A DNA stretch of 64,000 nucleotides, from contig JBHPJW010000006.1 of NCBI GenBank assembly GCA_042567505.1, positions 1,828-65,827 of the forward strand, written 5' to 3'. A program made the position numbers and the translations under genes. Numbering within the stretch: position 1 is the stretch's first letter; every line of letters begins with the position of its first letter. The notes under the pieces were generated by a model, which saw only the letters and a program-made list of their open reading frames with translations, was not told where the DNA came from and searched no databases. Below, in pieces: positions 35,931 to 45,227 of the stretch. This stretch comes from Fibrobacterota bacterium. Lineage in GTDB: Bacteria > Fibrobacterota > Fibrobacteria > UBA11236 > JADFYW01.

Positions 35931-36227
35931 ATGACAGTTAATCCAGAATACCGAATTTCCAACCGTAAAAGGTTAGACATTGAACAGCTGCAGGATGTTC
36001 ATTTAACCATTCGGCTGATCTTGGGCCAGACCAGAATGAAAGTTCGTGAACTGTTGGAGATGAAGCCCGGCAAGGTAGTAGATTTGAACCGTCTGGCCGG
36101 AGAAACAGTGGATATTGTGATAAACAATAAAGTGATAGCCAAAGGTGAAGTGGTCGTGATTGATGATAATTTTGGAGTGAGGCTGGTCACCCTCCTGTCC
36201 CCCGAAGAGCGCTTAAAGCAGATGTAG
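35931..36227 (+). CDS. FliN/SpoA-domain protein (flagellar motor switch / T3SS SpoA family), stand-alone
   Basis: LTIRLILGQTRMKVRELLEMKPGKVVDLNRLAGETVDIVINNKVIAKGEVVVIDDNFGVRLVTLL matches the FliN C-terminal consensus; no other flagellar or T3SS genes in the window. Confidence 0.7.
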   Translation: MTVNPEYRISNRKRLDIEQLQDVHLTIRLILGQTRMKVRELLEMKPGKVVDLNRLAGETVDIVINNKVIAKGEVVVIDDNFGVRLVTLLSPEERLKQM

Positions 36228-36450
36228 ATTGCCCTCCGCTTGGTGGGTCTCTTTTTAATTCAGGTTAGAATTCTCTTCGTCTTCAATATCAAGTGCATAA
36301 TCATCTAATGACAAATGACATTTGACTCGTAATGGGAAAACATTTTTGGCCCCGCTAAAGGTGCGCTAAATTGTAATTTAGAAGGCAAAACTTCACCCTG
36401 GACACTCGCGGTGCGATAGGTCCAGTGGGATAACTCAGAATTGAATAGAT

Positions 36451-38910
36451 TTGCCGGTTTTTAAATTACTTTTCGCCTGCCTCTTGATTTGGTTTTCACT
36501 CGGCCATTCCCAAGAACTGTTTCAGTTGGAAACTGAAGACGTCCTGCCTGTGGACAGTCTTGGCCTGGATACGGATACAGTCGCGGCTGACTCGGGTATT
36601 GCGGGAGACACCATTTCCTGGTCCAGCCGGACATTTCACTATGACGCTCAAAAGGAGAAGTTTTCTCTTTATAATTCTGCGGTGCTCAACTACAAGGGGG
36701 CTAACCTCAGGGCGGACACCATATTTCTTGACAATAAGGCGCAGATGGTGGCGGCTTTCGGCCGTCCAGTGATAAAAGACCGGGACCAGCCGGAAATCAT
36801 AGGCTACCGGTTGAAATACAACCATTCCAGACAGGTAGGGGAAATCTATTACGGGACCACCAGGAGGGATAACCAGATGTTCAACGGCGTAGAGGTGAGA
36901 AGGCAGAAGACGGGGGAAATACACATTGCCCGGGGGGACTTTTCCACCTGCGATCACCTGGAGGACCAGCACTTTTATTTTTACTGCCGCCGCATGGTGC
37001 TTGAGCCCAACAAAAAAGTGATGGCCAGACCGGTGGTGCTGAATGTGAGCAATGTGCCGGTGGCGGTGGCTCCCATGCTGGTTATTCCGCTGGGAAAGGG
37101 GCGGCGCTCGGGTTTTACCCGCCCTAAGATCGGAGGGGACCAATCCCAGGGTTTCTATATGCGTGATCTGGGATATTACTGGAGCATGAATGACTACATG
37201 GACTTGCAGCTGTTCGGCGACCTGATTGAGGGGGAAAGGGGCACCTTTGATAAAACCAATGTCCGGGGACTGTATTACTACAACAAGCGGGACGTTTTAA
37301 GCGGGAACCTGGGAGGTAACGCATACATCAGTGAGTTTAATCCGGGGAACTCCGGATGGGAAATAAACTTTGCCCATGATCAGAACCTGACCCCGGACGG
37401 GGTGCAGAAGTTAAAGGGCGGCGGAAGGTTTGTCTCCAGCCGGAACGTTCTGGGTGAGGCCCTGAATGAGAAAGAGGCCGTTAATCAGACAGCCAACGCC
37501 CGCCTGGGATATACCAATACTCTGGACTGGAACAAGGCACGTCTGAACATAAGCGGGGTGCAGGACTATAATCTGACCACCGGACAGCAGACCAGGGAAC
37601 TTCCCAGGGCCAGTTTTGCCTTTGGGGCCCCGCTTTTTCCCATCGCTGAAAATCACTACTGGGATTTTGAATCAGCAGAGGCGGATGAACCCCCCTGGTT
37701 TAAGCAATTGTACCAGGAGATAAATTATTCCTATTCGGGTGATTTCAGCATATATACCGAAAAGAAACCCGCCTTGGGGGGGGCTGTGGCCGGAGACTCC
37801 AACACTTATGCGGGAGCCAAAAATGTTCTCGGCCTTTCGGCCAAATACCCCTTATTACAATACATAAACGTTGTTCCGACCATAAACAGTCAGCATTACT
37901 GGAACCTGCACTCTTCCATCGCCTCCGGCGGCGGGCCAAAAGCCGATTTTATGCCTTCCCAGGGCAGGATAGGCGACAATGTGTATAAGTTCAATATGGG
38001 GGTGTCGGCAAACACCAAGTTATACGGCATCGCCCAGCCGGACCTGGGGCGCTGGGAAAAAATCCGTCACGTGGTCTCTCCGACCATAGGATATACCTAT
38101 GCCCCTGAGATTGACACGAACAGGACTTTTGTGGCCCATCCCAAATTCAATACCGCGGCCTATCAACTTCGTTCTAAAAGAGTGAATTTGGGCCTGGGAA
38201 ATGATGTGGACATTAAAATCCAGTCCAGTGATACAGCTGCCGGTAAACCTGAGCCCAATGGCCTGAAGATCCTGGCAACCAGCTCAAACATAAGTTATGA
38301 TTTTGAAAAAGAGAAAAGGGACGGCAGGGGCTGGTCGGATATCTCGTCAACGGTCCGAACGGAAATACTTCAGAAACACATTCCCATCAGTGTCAGTATG
38401 ACCCACAGACCCTACAATGATTACGGCCCTGCCGGGCCGGAAAATCAGGTTGTGACGCCCATATTAACAGCTTACAGTTTCAACTGGAGGAAAGATGTCT
38501 CAATAAACGGGAAAATGAATTCCGGACTCTGGGAGCCCGCAAAAGATACTACAGATACTCCGGAATTCACGCGCCTTCCCTGGTCGGCTAAGGTGTTTTA
38601 CAGCTTTAATTACAGCGCCAAACGGGTGAGCGCCACAACTTTCCAGAAGACCTTGACGCATTCATTTTCCGGCAGCATGAATTTTAATCCCAGCCCAAAG
38701 TGGGAAATGTCTTATAACACGAACTATAATTTTACCGAAGGGGAATTTTCCAAGCATTCCTTTGAATTCAACCGGGTCCTGCACTGCTGGAAGATGAAGT
38801 TTTCCTGGACTCCGGTCGGACCCGCCTCAGGCTGGCAGTTCAATATATACGTGATAGACATTCCCGACATTAAGCTCGAGAGCGCGCATACCAATCTCAA
38901 GAAGAGATAG
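36451..38910 (+). CDS. large outer-membrane beta-barrel protein, LptD/OstA-like (LPS assembly) candidate
   Basis: Signal peptide; N-terminal OstA-like segment (YNSAVLNYKGANLRADTIFLDNKAQMVAAFGRPV); ~820 aa with aromatic-rich beta strands and terminal aromatic residue pattern. Confidence 0.5.
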   Translation: MPVFKLLFACLLIWFSLGHSQELFQLETEDVLPVDSLGLDTDTVAADSGIAGDTISWSSRTFHYDAQKEKFSLYNSAVLNYKGANLRADTIFLDNKAQMVAAFGRPVIKDRDQPEIIGYRLKYNHSRQVGEIYYGTTRRDNQMFNGVEVRRQKTGEIHIARGDFSTCDHLEDQHFYFYCRRMVLEPNKKVMARPVVLNVSNVPVAVAPMLVIPLGKGRRSGFTRPKIGGDQSQGFYMRDLGYYWSMNDYMDLQLFGDLIEGERGTFDKTNVRGLYYYNKRDVLSGNLGGNAYISEFNPGNSGWEINFAHDQNLTPDGVQKLKGGGRFVSSRNVLGEALNEKEAVNQTANARLGYTNTLDWNKARLNISGVQDYNLTTGQQTRELPRASFAFGAPLFPIAENHYWDFESAEADEPPWFKQLYQEINYSYSGDFSIYTEKKPALGGAVAGDSNTYAGAKNVLGLSAKYPLLQYINVVPTINSQHYWNLHSSIASGGGPKADFMPSQGRIGDNVYKFNMGVSANTKLYGIAQPDLGRWEKIRHVVSPTIGYTYAPEIDTNRTFVAHPKFNTAAYQLRSKRVNLGLGNDVDIKIQSSDTAAGKPEPNGLKILATSSNISYDFEKEKRDGRGWSDISSTVRTEILQKHIPISVSMTHRPYNDYGPAGPENQVVTPILTAYSFNWRKDVSINGKMNSGLWEPAKDTTDTPEFTRLPWSAKVFYSFNYSAKRVSATTFQKTLTHSFSGSMNFNPSPKWEMSYNTNYNFTEGEFSKHSFEFNRVLHCWKMKFSWTPVGPASGWQFNIYVIDIPDIKLESAHTNLKKR

Positions 38911-38912
38911 TA

Positions 38913-38937
38913 GCGGGGTGGCGTTGGCACGCCGAAA
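38913..38937. repeat. variant copy of the GGCGTGCC..GGCACGCC palindromic element
   Basis: gcggggtggcgttggcacgccgaaac directly after the LptD-like stop. Confidence 0.5.
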
Positions 38938-39014
38938 CAATCGAATATCCGATCATTCGAACAATCAAATGACGAAAGTAGAAAGAGATTCCAGAGGACA
39001 GAGGTCAGAGCAAC

Positions 39015-39095
39015 AGAGTGGTCAGGAGTCAGACAGTAATCGTACCAAACTGACCACTGACCCCAGATCACTGACTCCTCAATTACTCAAGGATA
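39015..39095 (+). repeat. copy of the ~85-nt CAGGAGTCAG-heptad intergenic element
   Basis: agtggtcaggagtcagac...aactgaccactgaccccagatcactgactcctcaattactcaagg is collinear with 6962-7046. Confidence 0.75.
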
Positions 39096-39201
39096 AAACC
39101 ATCTATCACGTCCGCGGGCAGGTACAGCATAATGGTGATAAACAGGAATTGACCCAAGAAATTAATTAATTTTTAGATTCTCACAACCACAGAGGTAAAT
39201 C

Positions 39202-40554
39202 ATGAAACTATTGCTCTCCGCTATCCTGCTCAGTCTCATCCCGGTCTTTTCGGGGCAGGAATTAAACATCCTGATAAAAATGATCCCTGACCAGGAGAAG
39301 TACTTTACTGAAACCATAATCAAGGGATTTGAAAAGCAGAGGGGCTGCAAGGTCAATGTTCATACATTCACCGATCACTGGCAGCTCACCGAAAAATTAA
39401 AACCCGGCCAACCCCCGATGGATGTGGTAAAGGTCCCCATGGGCATGGCCCATCGCCTGGCGTCTAAAAAACTGGTGCACCCCCTGGCCAAAGTGATTCA
39501 GGCTGAAAAGCTGAATAAAATAAAGAAGGATTATTTTCTGCTGAAACTGGCGGAGGTTGAGGGCGAACTCTATTATATCCCCAGGAAATTCGAAACCCGC
39601 ATAATGGTATACTTGAAATCCAAAGTAGTGGAGGCGGTGGAAAACTGGTCCGGCATGCGGCCGGCCATTGAAGCCGAACTCAAAAAGGCCCTGGGAGTGG
39701 GGCTGCCGGACACCTATCTGCTGGTGGATGACCCCAGCGACTGGAGTTATCTGGACGTGTTTGTGGCGGGATATTACTGGGCCCATACCAAATATGAGGG
39801 GACTGCTTTCGGGCGGGTGGCGCACCGGGGCAAGGATTACAGCGGGACCGCGCTCGGCCTTATGGACCGCTGCTTTCAGATGGGCGCAAAGAGACAGGAT
39901 TTGTCTGATGTAAAGTCAAAATATTTTACCGAGGTCCTCAAGTGGGAGTCGCTGTACGCGGGGAATAAAATCTACAACGCAGAGTCCTGGGAATCGGGTT
40001 GGGACGGAAGGGATATCTGGAAGGCCTTTCAGGAAGGCAAGGTGTTTCTTTCCTTTCTGACTCAGCTGGACTGTTACTTTCTGCATGGCTCGGAAGGGGC
40101 CAAGGGATATGTTAAGAATCCCGCGGACCTGGACTTCGCCCTGACGCCCGCGGCCGTTCCCTTAAACGACAAATTCGACGGAAGCCGCCGCATAAGCACG
40201 GGCGGATGGCTCTGGGGCATTGGGTCCCAGTCCAAAAAGGCGGAACTGGCAATGGAGCTCATTCGTTTTATTACCAGTAACCAGAACCAAATTGGGGAGA
40301 CGGAGCGGTTCGGCATGATACCCGTGCGGAAAGACATTCTCGGCCGGTCGGCGCCGTTCAAAGATGACTGGAAAGTAAGAGTATTCAACACTTCTTCAAG
40401 GCAGTTAAGGACCAACAGGAGTAATTACCTGCCCCATGTGGAGGGCTTTGAAAAACTGGAAAAGCAGTATATAGCCGTCTGGAAGAAGGTGGTGATCGCC
40501 AGTGAAAAGGGATACCTGGGAGAGGACAAGGTAAAAAAAATACAGATGAAATAA
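39202..40554 (+). CDS. extracellular solute-binding protein (ABC transporter SBP family 1-like), orphan
   Basis: Signal peptide; SBP_bac_1-like length and composition; no adjacent permease or ATPase genes. Confidence 0.55.
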   Translation: MKLLLSAILLSLIPVFSGQELNILIKMIPDQEKYFTETIIKGFEKQRGCKVNVHTFTDHWQLTEKLKPGQPPMDVVKVPMGMAHRLASKKLVHPLAKVIQAEKLNKIKKDYFLLKLAEVEGELYYIPRKFETRIMVYLKSKVVEAVENWSGMRPAIEAELKKALGVGLPDTYLLVDDPSDWSYLDVFVAGYYWAHTKYEGTAFGRVAHRGKDYSGTALGLMDRCFQMGAKRQDLSDVKSKYFTEVLKWESLYAGNKIYNAESWESGWDGRDIWKAFQEGKVFLSFLTQLDCYFLHGSEGAKGYVKNPADLDFALTPAAVPLNDKFDGSRRISTGGWLWGIGSQSKKAELAMELIRFITSNQNQIGETERFGMIPVRKDILGRSAPFKDDWKVRVFNTSSRQLRTNRSNYLPHVEGFEKLEKQYIAVWKKVVIASEKGYLGEDKVKKIQMK

Positions 40555-40578
40555 ACGTCCCGGCAGGGAAGACAGTGG

Positions 40579-40608
40579 AGATTGTAGCGGCGTGCCGGCG
40601 GCACGCCG
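40579..40608. repeat. palindromic element GGCGTGCC-GGC-GGCACGCC (REP/terminator-like)
   Basis: tagcggcgtgccggcggcacgccgttataaa, 25 nt after the SBP stop. Confidence 0.7.
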
Positions 40609-41119
40609 TTATAAATATTTATTGAACAACAACTTACAAGACGTTTCCCAGGTCGATTGGCAAGCGTGGGTTCCTGATGAAAGAGCTGTCCTGTGTTTTG
40701 TGGAAGACGGAGACAGGGTCATGCTTATCCACAAAAAGACCGGATTGGGAGCGGGAAAGATTAATGCCCCGGGCGGCAGGATCAAACCCGGGGAATCAGC
40801 AGAGGCCGCAGCCATTCGGGAAACCATTGAAGAGACCGGGATAACCCCGTCTGAAACGAAGAAAGCAGGGGAGCTTTCATTTATCTTCACCAATGGATAT
40901 GCACTGCATGGCGAAGTCTTCTTTGCCAGCAGCTATTCTGGTTCGCTCATAACCACACCAGAGGCAGATCCCTTCTGGTGCGACAAGGATAAAATCCCCT
41001 ATGACAAAATGTGGGAAGACGACAGATACTGGCTGCCCCTGGCGCTGGAAGGTAAATACTTTCGCGGATTTTTCATCTTTGATGATGAGGTGATGTTGAG
41101 CCATAGGATTGAAGTGTGA
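40592..41119 (+). CDS. Nudix (MutT-family) hydrolase
   Basis: Nudix box GGRIKPGESAEAAAIRETIEETGI. Confidence 0.85.
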   Translation: MPAARRYKYLLNNNLQDVSQVDWQAWVPDERAVLCFVEDGDRVMLIHKKTGLGAGKINAPGGRIKPGESAEAAAIRETIEETGITPSETKKAGELSFIFTNGYALHGEVFFASSYSGSLITTPEADPFWCDKDKIPYDKMWEDDRYWLPLALEGKYFRGFFIFDDEVMLSHRIEV

Positions 41120-41461
41120 GGATTCGGTTCCATCATTACGAATCCGCTATCCCTTGATGAATCCGGCGATCGTAAAGACCGCAACCCTCAGGCAATCATT
41201 GAATCTCCTGTCACCAGGTATGATATCTTATTCGGCCGGTTAAAAATAGAAGTAGGAAAAGGCAGCCAATGGATTGATGTTGAGGTATTTGATATCAGAG
41301 GGAGCAGAGTCTCTGGCAGTGCGTTAAAGGAATACCGCGCAGGAATGCATTATGTTTCTCTGTTTAACGAATCGTTCCGGAGCGGTGTTTATTTATTGCA
41401 GGTTAATAATGTCACAGCAAATAAAAAATACAGAGAGAAAACCGCATATATAAAAAACTAA
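41120..41461 (+). pseudogene. relic T9SS C-terminal sorting domain, in frame immediately after the Nudix TGA stop
   Basis: Translation ...KIEVGKGSQWIDVEVFDIRGSRVSGSALKEYRAGMHYVSLFNESFRSGVYLLQVNNVTANKKYREKTAYIKN* fits the Por/T9SS CTD pattern (V.V.D..G..V...G.H......SGVY......T..K); no start codon or signal peptide of its own. Confidence 0.45.
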
Positions 41462-42255
41462 GCGAATGAGATAACTGTTCCCAAAACGCGCAAAGTGTTG
41501 CGCAGTCTGGCCCGCCACACACCTTCAGGATTCGGCTATTTTCCTGTATTACGGTGGCAATTACAACCTGCAATATGAAAATGATGTTTACCTGCCGGTG
41601 GACGGGACCAGAAGTACTTATTACGGGGGATATGGCGAAACCAAGGGAGAAAGGAAGCGGCACCAGGCAACACTGGGTGCCGGCATCGGAGGCGAAATAC
41701 ATTTCTGGATCCTGAACTGGTCCCTGATGATGGGCTATGCCGGCACGGGCAGAGTTACTGATTATACTTACTGGGGTGATGTTTACAATCCTATCAGTGA
41801 AGAACCCGAGTTCATGTTTACCCCTTCCATAGAAACTGCGCTGTACCTAAACTTCGGCGGGATATAATAATAGGTCCCGTGACAGGCGGGGGTGGGGAAT
41901 TGATTGGATTATTGTATTGAGGAAGTCAGAAGCAAGTAATTGTTTCGGCTGAAGGCCCATCAGGGATGACTTCTGAAGTCCTCATGAAAAAGGCTATGGG
42001 TTTTAAAAAAGAAAACGATGCAGTTCAGCGAAAATTGAATTTACTGAATCGATGATTTGCTGGGTTTTCCGCAATAATCTAATAAAAAGACAAATATTTT
42101 ACTTGAAATTCAGGTTTTTCTCAAAAAAGCAGAAATATCCCAAAATTCTAAAATTTGAATATTTATTGAGCAATACCTATAATTAGCGGTTCACTAAATC
42201 TCACCTGGTCCCGCATGGGAGGCTGGAAGCGGGTCCTGCAAAAAAAGGAGAAACC

Positions 42256-43446
42256 ATGAAAAAGGCTATACTCATATTTACATTTATTGCTTTGTATTTT
42301 TCCGGGTGTAATACAGCGCCTGTAAGTTCAGATAATAATAAACAGGCCCGGTAGCTGGCAAAAATATCAGACGCGGTCTGGGATACTGAAGATGGAAATC
42401 CTCATTTCTTTTTTCTGCCGCCCATTGTGCCGGCCCCGGCTCCCGAAGGGGTTTTTGATAATACGCTGTCTCCCGTGGTAGAAGTCTGCGAACTCGATGC
42501 GGCGGGCTGCGCCACCGTCGTCCAGTTTACCACCACGCCGGCGGAAGGGGCGGAATACGTGCGCCTGAGCGATGAAGACGAGTCTTATATAGTGAATTGG
42601 CACACAGACCTGTATGACCTGGATGCCTTGAACACCTATCGCATCAAGGTGATGGCCGAAGGACAGGAACTGGGTTACGCCGACGTTGATGTTGTCAACA
42701 GCGGCAAGGATCTCAGACATGTTGACACACAGCAATACATTGCGCTTAAGGACGGCAGGACCCTGCCCATTAAATTCAGAATCGAGCAAGGCGCTTTGCA
42801 GGTACCGGAACCGGGAGGATTGTTTGCCTATTATCCCTTTAATGGTAATGCAAATGATGAGAGTGGCAATGATAATAACGGGACTGTGCATGGTAACGCG
42901 GTATTGACTGCGGACCGGTTTGGAAATCCTAACAGCGCTTACCTGTTCGATGGCGTTGATGATTACATCGATTGCGGAAACGACGCCAGTATAAATATGA
43001 CCACAAATTTCACGGTTTCTGTGTGGGTGAAATTCCATACTTACGGAGATGATAAAACAATCCTTTCCAATGGTTCCGGCCCTTTCTATCAGAATTGGCA
43101 TATTCACAGGCATTCAACACCTTCGGACAAGCTCTATATAGGTATTTATGGGGATTTGCAGCTCAATTTCCTTCCCACAACTCAAACCGGAATCTGGTAT
43201 AATCTGGCATTCTCTATTGAGGATATTGATGGAACCAATGCCAAGGTAACCACTTACCTGAATGGCCAACAGGTCGCTTCAGTTACAGCCATGGCTCCCA
43301 CGGATGTATCCGGTGATAATTTGTATATCGGAAGGTTCACAACCTGTCAGTATCCCTATACCTATGCCTTTAACGGCGTTATTGATGACGTAAGTGTTTA
43401 TAATTACGTTCTAACCGATGCTGAAATAGCTGATTTGTCTAATTGA
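42256..43446 (+). pseudogene. LamG-like (concanavalin/laminin-G_3) lipoprotein gene interrupted by a single in-frame TAG at 42352-42354
   Basis: Lipoprotein signal MKKAILIFTFIALYFSGC (ATG 42256) is in frame with ORF 42427-43446, which has LamG_3 motifs LFAYYPFNGNANDESGNDNNGT...FDGVDDYIDCGN...FTVSVWVK; one amber codon separates them. Confidence 0.55.
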
Positions 43447-43473
43447 TTTAAAAAAAAAACGGGATTTTGTTAC

Positions 43474-43509
43474 CCTGCCGTCGTTTACCTTCGGCAGGTT
43501 TTTTTTTAA
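43474..43509 (+). terminator. rho-independent terminator
   Basis: cctgccgtcgtttaccttcggcagg stem-loop followed by tttttttttt. Confidence 0.8.
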
Positions 43510-43618
43510 AAATCAACCATGCCGGTGCCATCTATATCCTCCACTGGTAACTGGTACCGTTATATTTACCGGGGAAGTAGAGTATTCTATTTTTTTTTAG
43601 AAACGCCTCGGTGCTGTC

Positions 43619-44848
43619 ATGAACAATGAAGACGAAATAAATGAGCTGCTCAACCTTAAGCTTGAAAAGCTGGACAAACTGGATCTTGTCAAAGACGACG
43701 GTGATGATGATACCATTCTGCACGAACCATTAGAAGAAGTAAAGAAGGTTTTCAAACAACTGGACGGCATACCCGGCGGCAGGACCGGATTCATGCTGGT
43801 CTCCAGCAGCCCGGAGGTGCTTCAGCTGGAAAAGGTCCTGGCCAGGCCGTTTCCCGACCGGCCCAGCGGAACGCCTTTGCTACAGTCCATGACCCAACTT
43901 TCCGTCTCAGACAGAACAGACGAGTATAAATCGGAGATCCAGGTAGAGTACGATCTGGCCGTGAAAAGAATTGAGGGCCTTTACAGAAGCATAAGAAACG
44001 GGGAGACTGTTTCCCATTCCAGCATCCTGGAAATAGTGGAGTACTTCATGTCCGTGTTCATCAAGGACAGGTGTATCCTGCTCAACCTGTGCCATTATAA
44101 AAGTAAAAGAAAGGATTACCTGTTCAACCACATGCTGCATGTATGCCTGGTCGCTATCAACATAGCTACGGCCAGCGGTTATTCCCGGAAGCAGGTGCTG
44201 GAAGTGGGGGAGGCCGGGCTGCTGGCGGACACAGGCATGCTGCTGATATCAGACTACGTCAGGTTTAATCCCGGGAAATTGAGTGAGGAAGAGCTTTTTG
44301 ATGTGCATAGACATCCCATGGTGGGGCTTTATGCGCTGGAAAAGATTGAGAATATCCCATTGCCCGTTGCCTTTTGCGCCTACCAGCACCATGAGCGGCT
44401 GACCGGTGCGGGTTATCCCAAAAACAGGAAGGGAAGGCTCACCCACAATTATTCGAAAATAATAGCCATTGCGGATGTTTACCAGGCGCTCTGCAGCCAC
44501 CGGCCGTATAGAAAAGCCTTCCTGCCCCACCAGGCCATGATCAAGATACTTAAAATGGCCCGGCTGGAACTGCTGGACCAGAAGTTCGTGGACGCTTTGA
44601 TAAGGTATGTTTCATTCTATCCGGTAGGGTCTTTCGTGAGACTGGCCGACGGGCGCGTGGCAAAGGTAGTCCGGCCCAATGAGAACAGCGTGGAAAAACC
44701 CGTGGTTTCAGTGATTGCGGACAAAAGAGGAAACCTCCTGCCGGCTGACAGCATAGAGCAGATTAATTTATCCATTAAAAGGCAGTTCAGGATAACCGGG
44801 GCAGTGGACATACAGGTAGAACCGGACAGAGTGATGTATGGTTTATAG
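43619..44848 (+). CDS. HD-GYP domain c-di-GMP phosphodiesterase
   Basis: HD motif and signature HHERLTGAGYP; acidic coiled N-terminus. Confidence 0.85.
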   Translation: MNNEDEINELLNLKLEKLDKLDLVKDDGDDDTILHEPLEEVKKVFKQLDGIPGGRTGFMLVSSSPEVLQLEKVLARPFPDRPSGTPLLQSMTQLSVSDRTDEYKSEIQVEYDLAVKRIEGLYRSIRNGETVSHSSILEIVEYFMSVFIKDRCILLNLCHYKSKRKDYLFNHMLHVCLVAINIATASGYSRKQVLEVGEAGLLADTGMLLISDYVRFNPGKLSEEELFDVHRHPMVGLYALEKIENIPLPVAFCAYQHHERLTGAGYPKNRKGRLTHNYSKIIAIADVYQALCSHRPYRKAFLPHQAMIKILKMARLELLDQKFVDALIRYVSFYPVGSFVRLADGRVAKVVRPNENSVEKPVVSVIADKRGNLLPADSIEQINLSIKRQFRITGAVDIQVEPDRVMYGL

Positions 44849-44854
44849 GCATTG

Positions 44855-45155
44855 CCACTTTGGTAAGTGGTAAAAGGTAAGTGGTAAGTGGTCTCAAAAG
44901 TAGCTTTACTCTGTCATTCCCTGCCTCTCGATTTCACTCGAGATAAACTCCGGCAGGGAATCTTCTAGCTCCGATGTGGCCGAATTATTAAAACGCCTCA
45001 TCGGAAGTTGAGGATCTTCCGCTGGAGCCTGCCTTCCGCGAAGGCGGGAGGCGGAAGATGACACATGGTTGGGACTTTTGAGACAGTCTCTAGTAAAGGG
45101 TTCAGAATTTTTACCAAGATGGTTTTATACCACATCACTTACCACTTACCACTTA
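44855..45155. mobile_element. ~300-bp structured intergenic element with terminal inverted heptad repeats (MITE-like or structured ncRNA)
   Basis: Left end tggtaagtggtaaaaggtaagtggtaagtggtctcaaaagt; right end acttttgagac...cacttaccacttaccacttaccaa; internal hairpins (ttccctgcc/ggcagggaa; cttccgc/gcggaag). Confidence 0.5.
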
Positions 45156-45227
45156 CCAACCAGAACCCATTACTCCACCACTCCATCACTCCAAAGGATC
45201 ATCACCTAAAGGTTTGACAAAACAACC

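Noticed and set aside
38918-39169. ORF 38918-39169 + (83 aa)
   Set aside because: Spans the CAGGAGTCAG repeat element and the palindromic element in an intergenic gap. Composition is repeat-driven (QSGQESDS...).
41574-41867. Possible small gene around ORF 41598-41867 + (Gly/Tyr-rich, beta-strand-like)
   Set aside because: No clear start, no signal peptide, and I could not establish a consistent upstream frame. It might be another gene fragment, so left unannotated.
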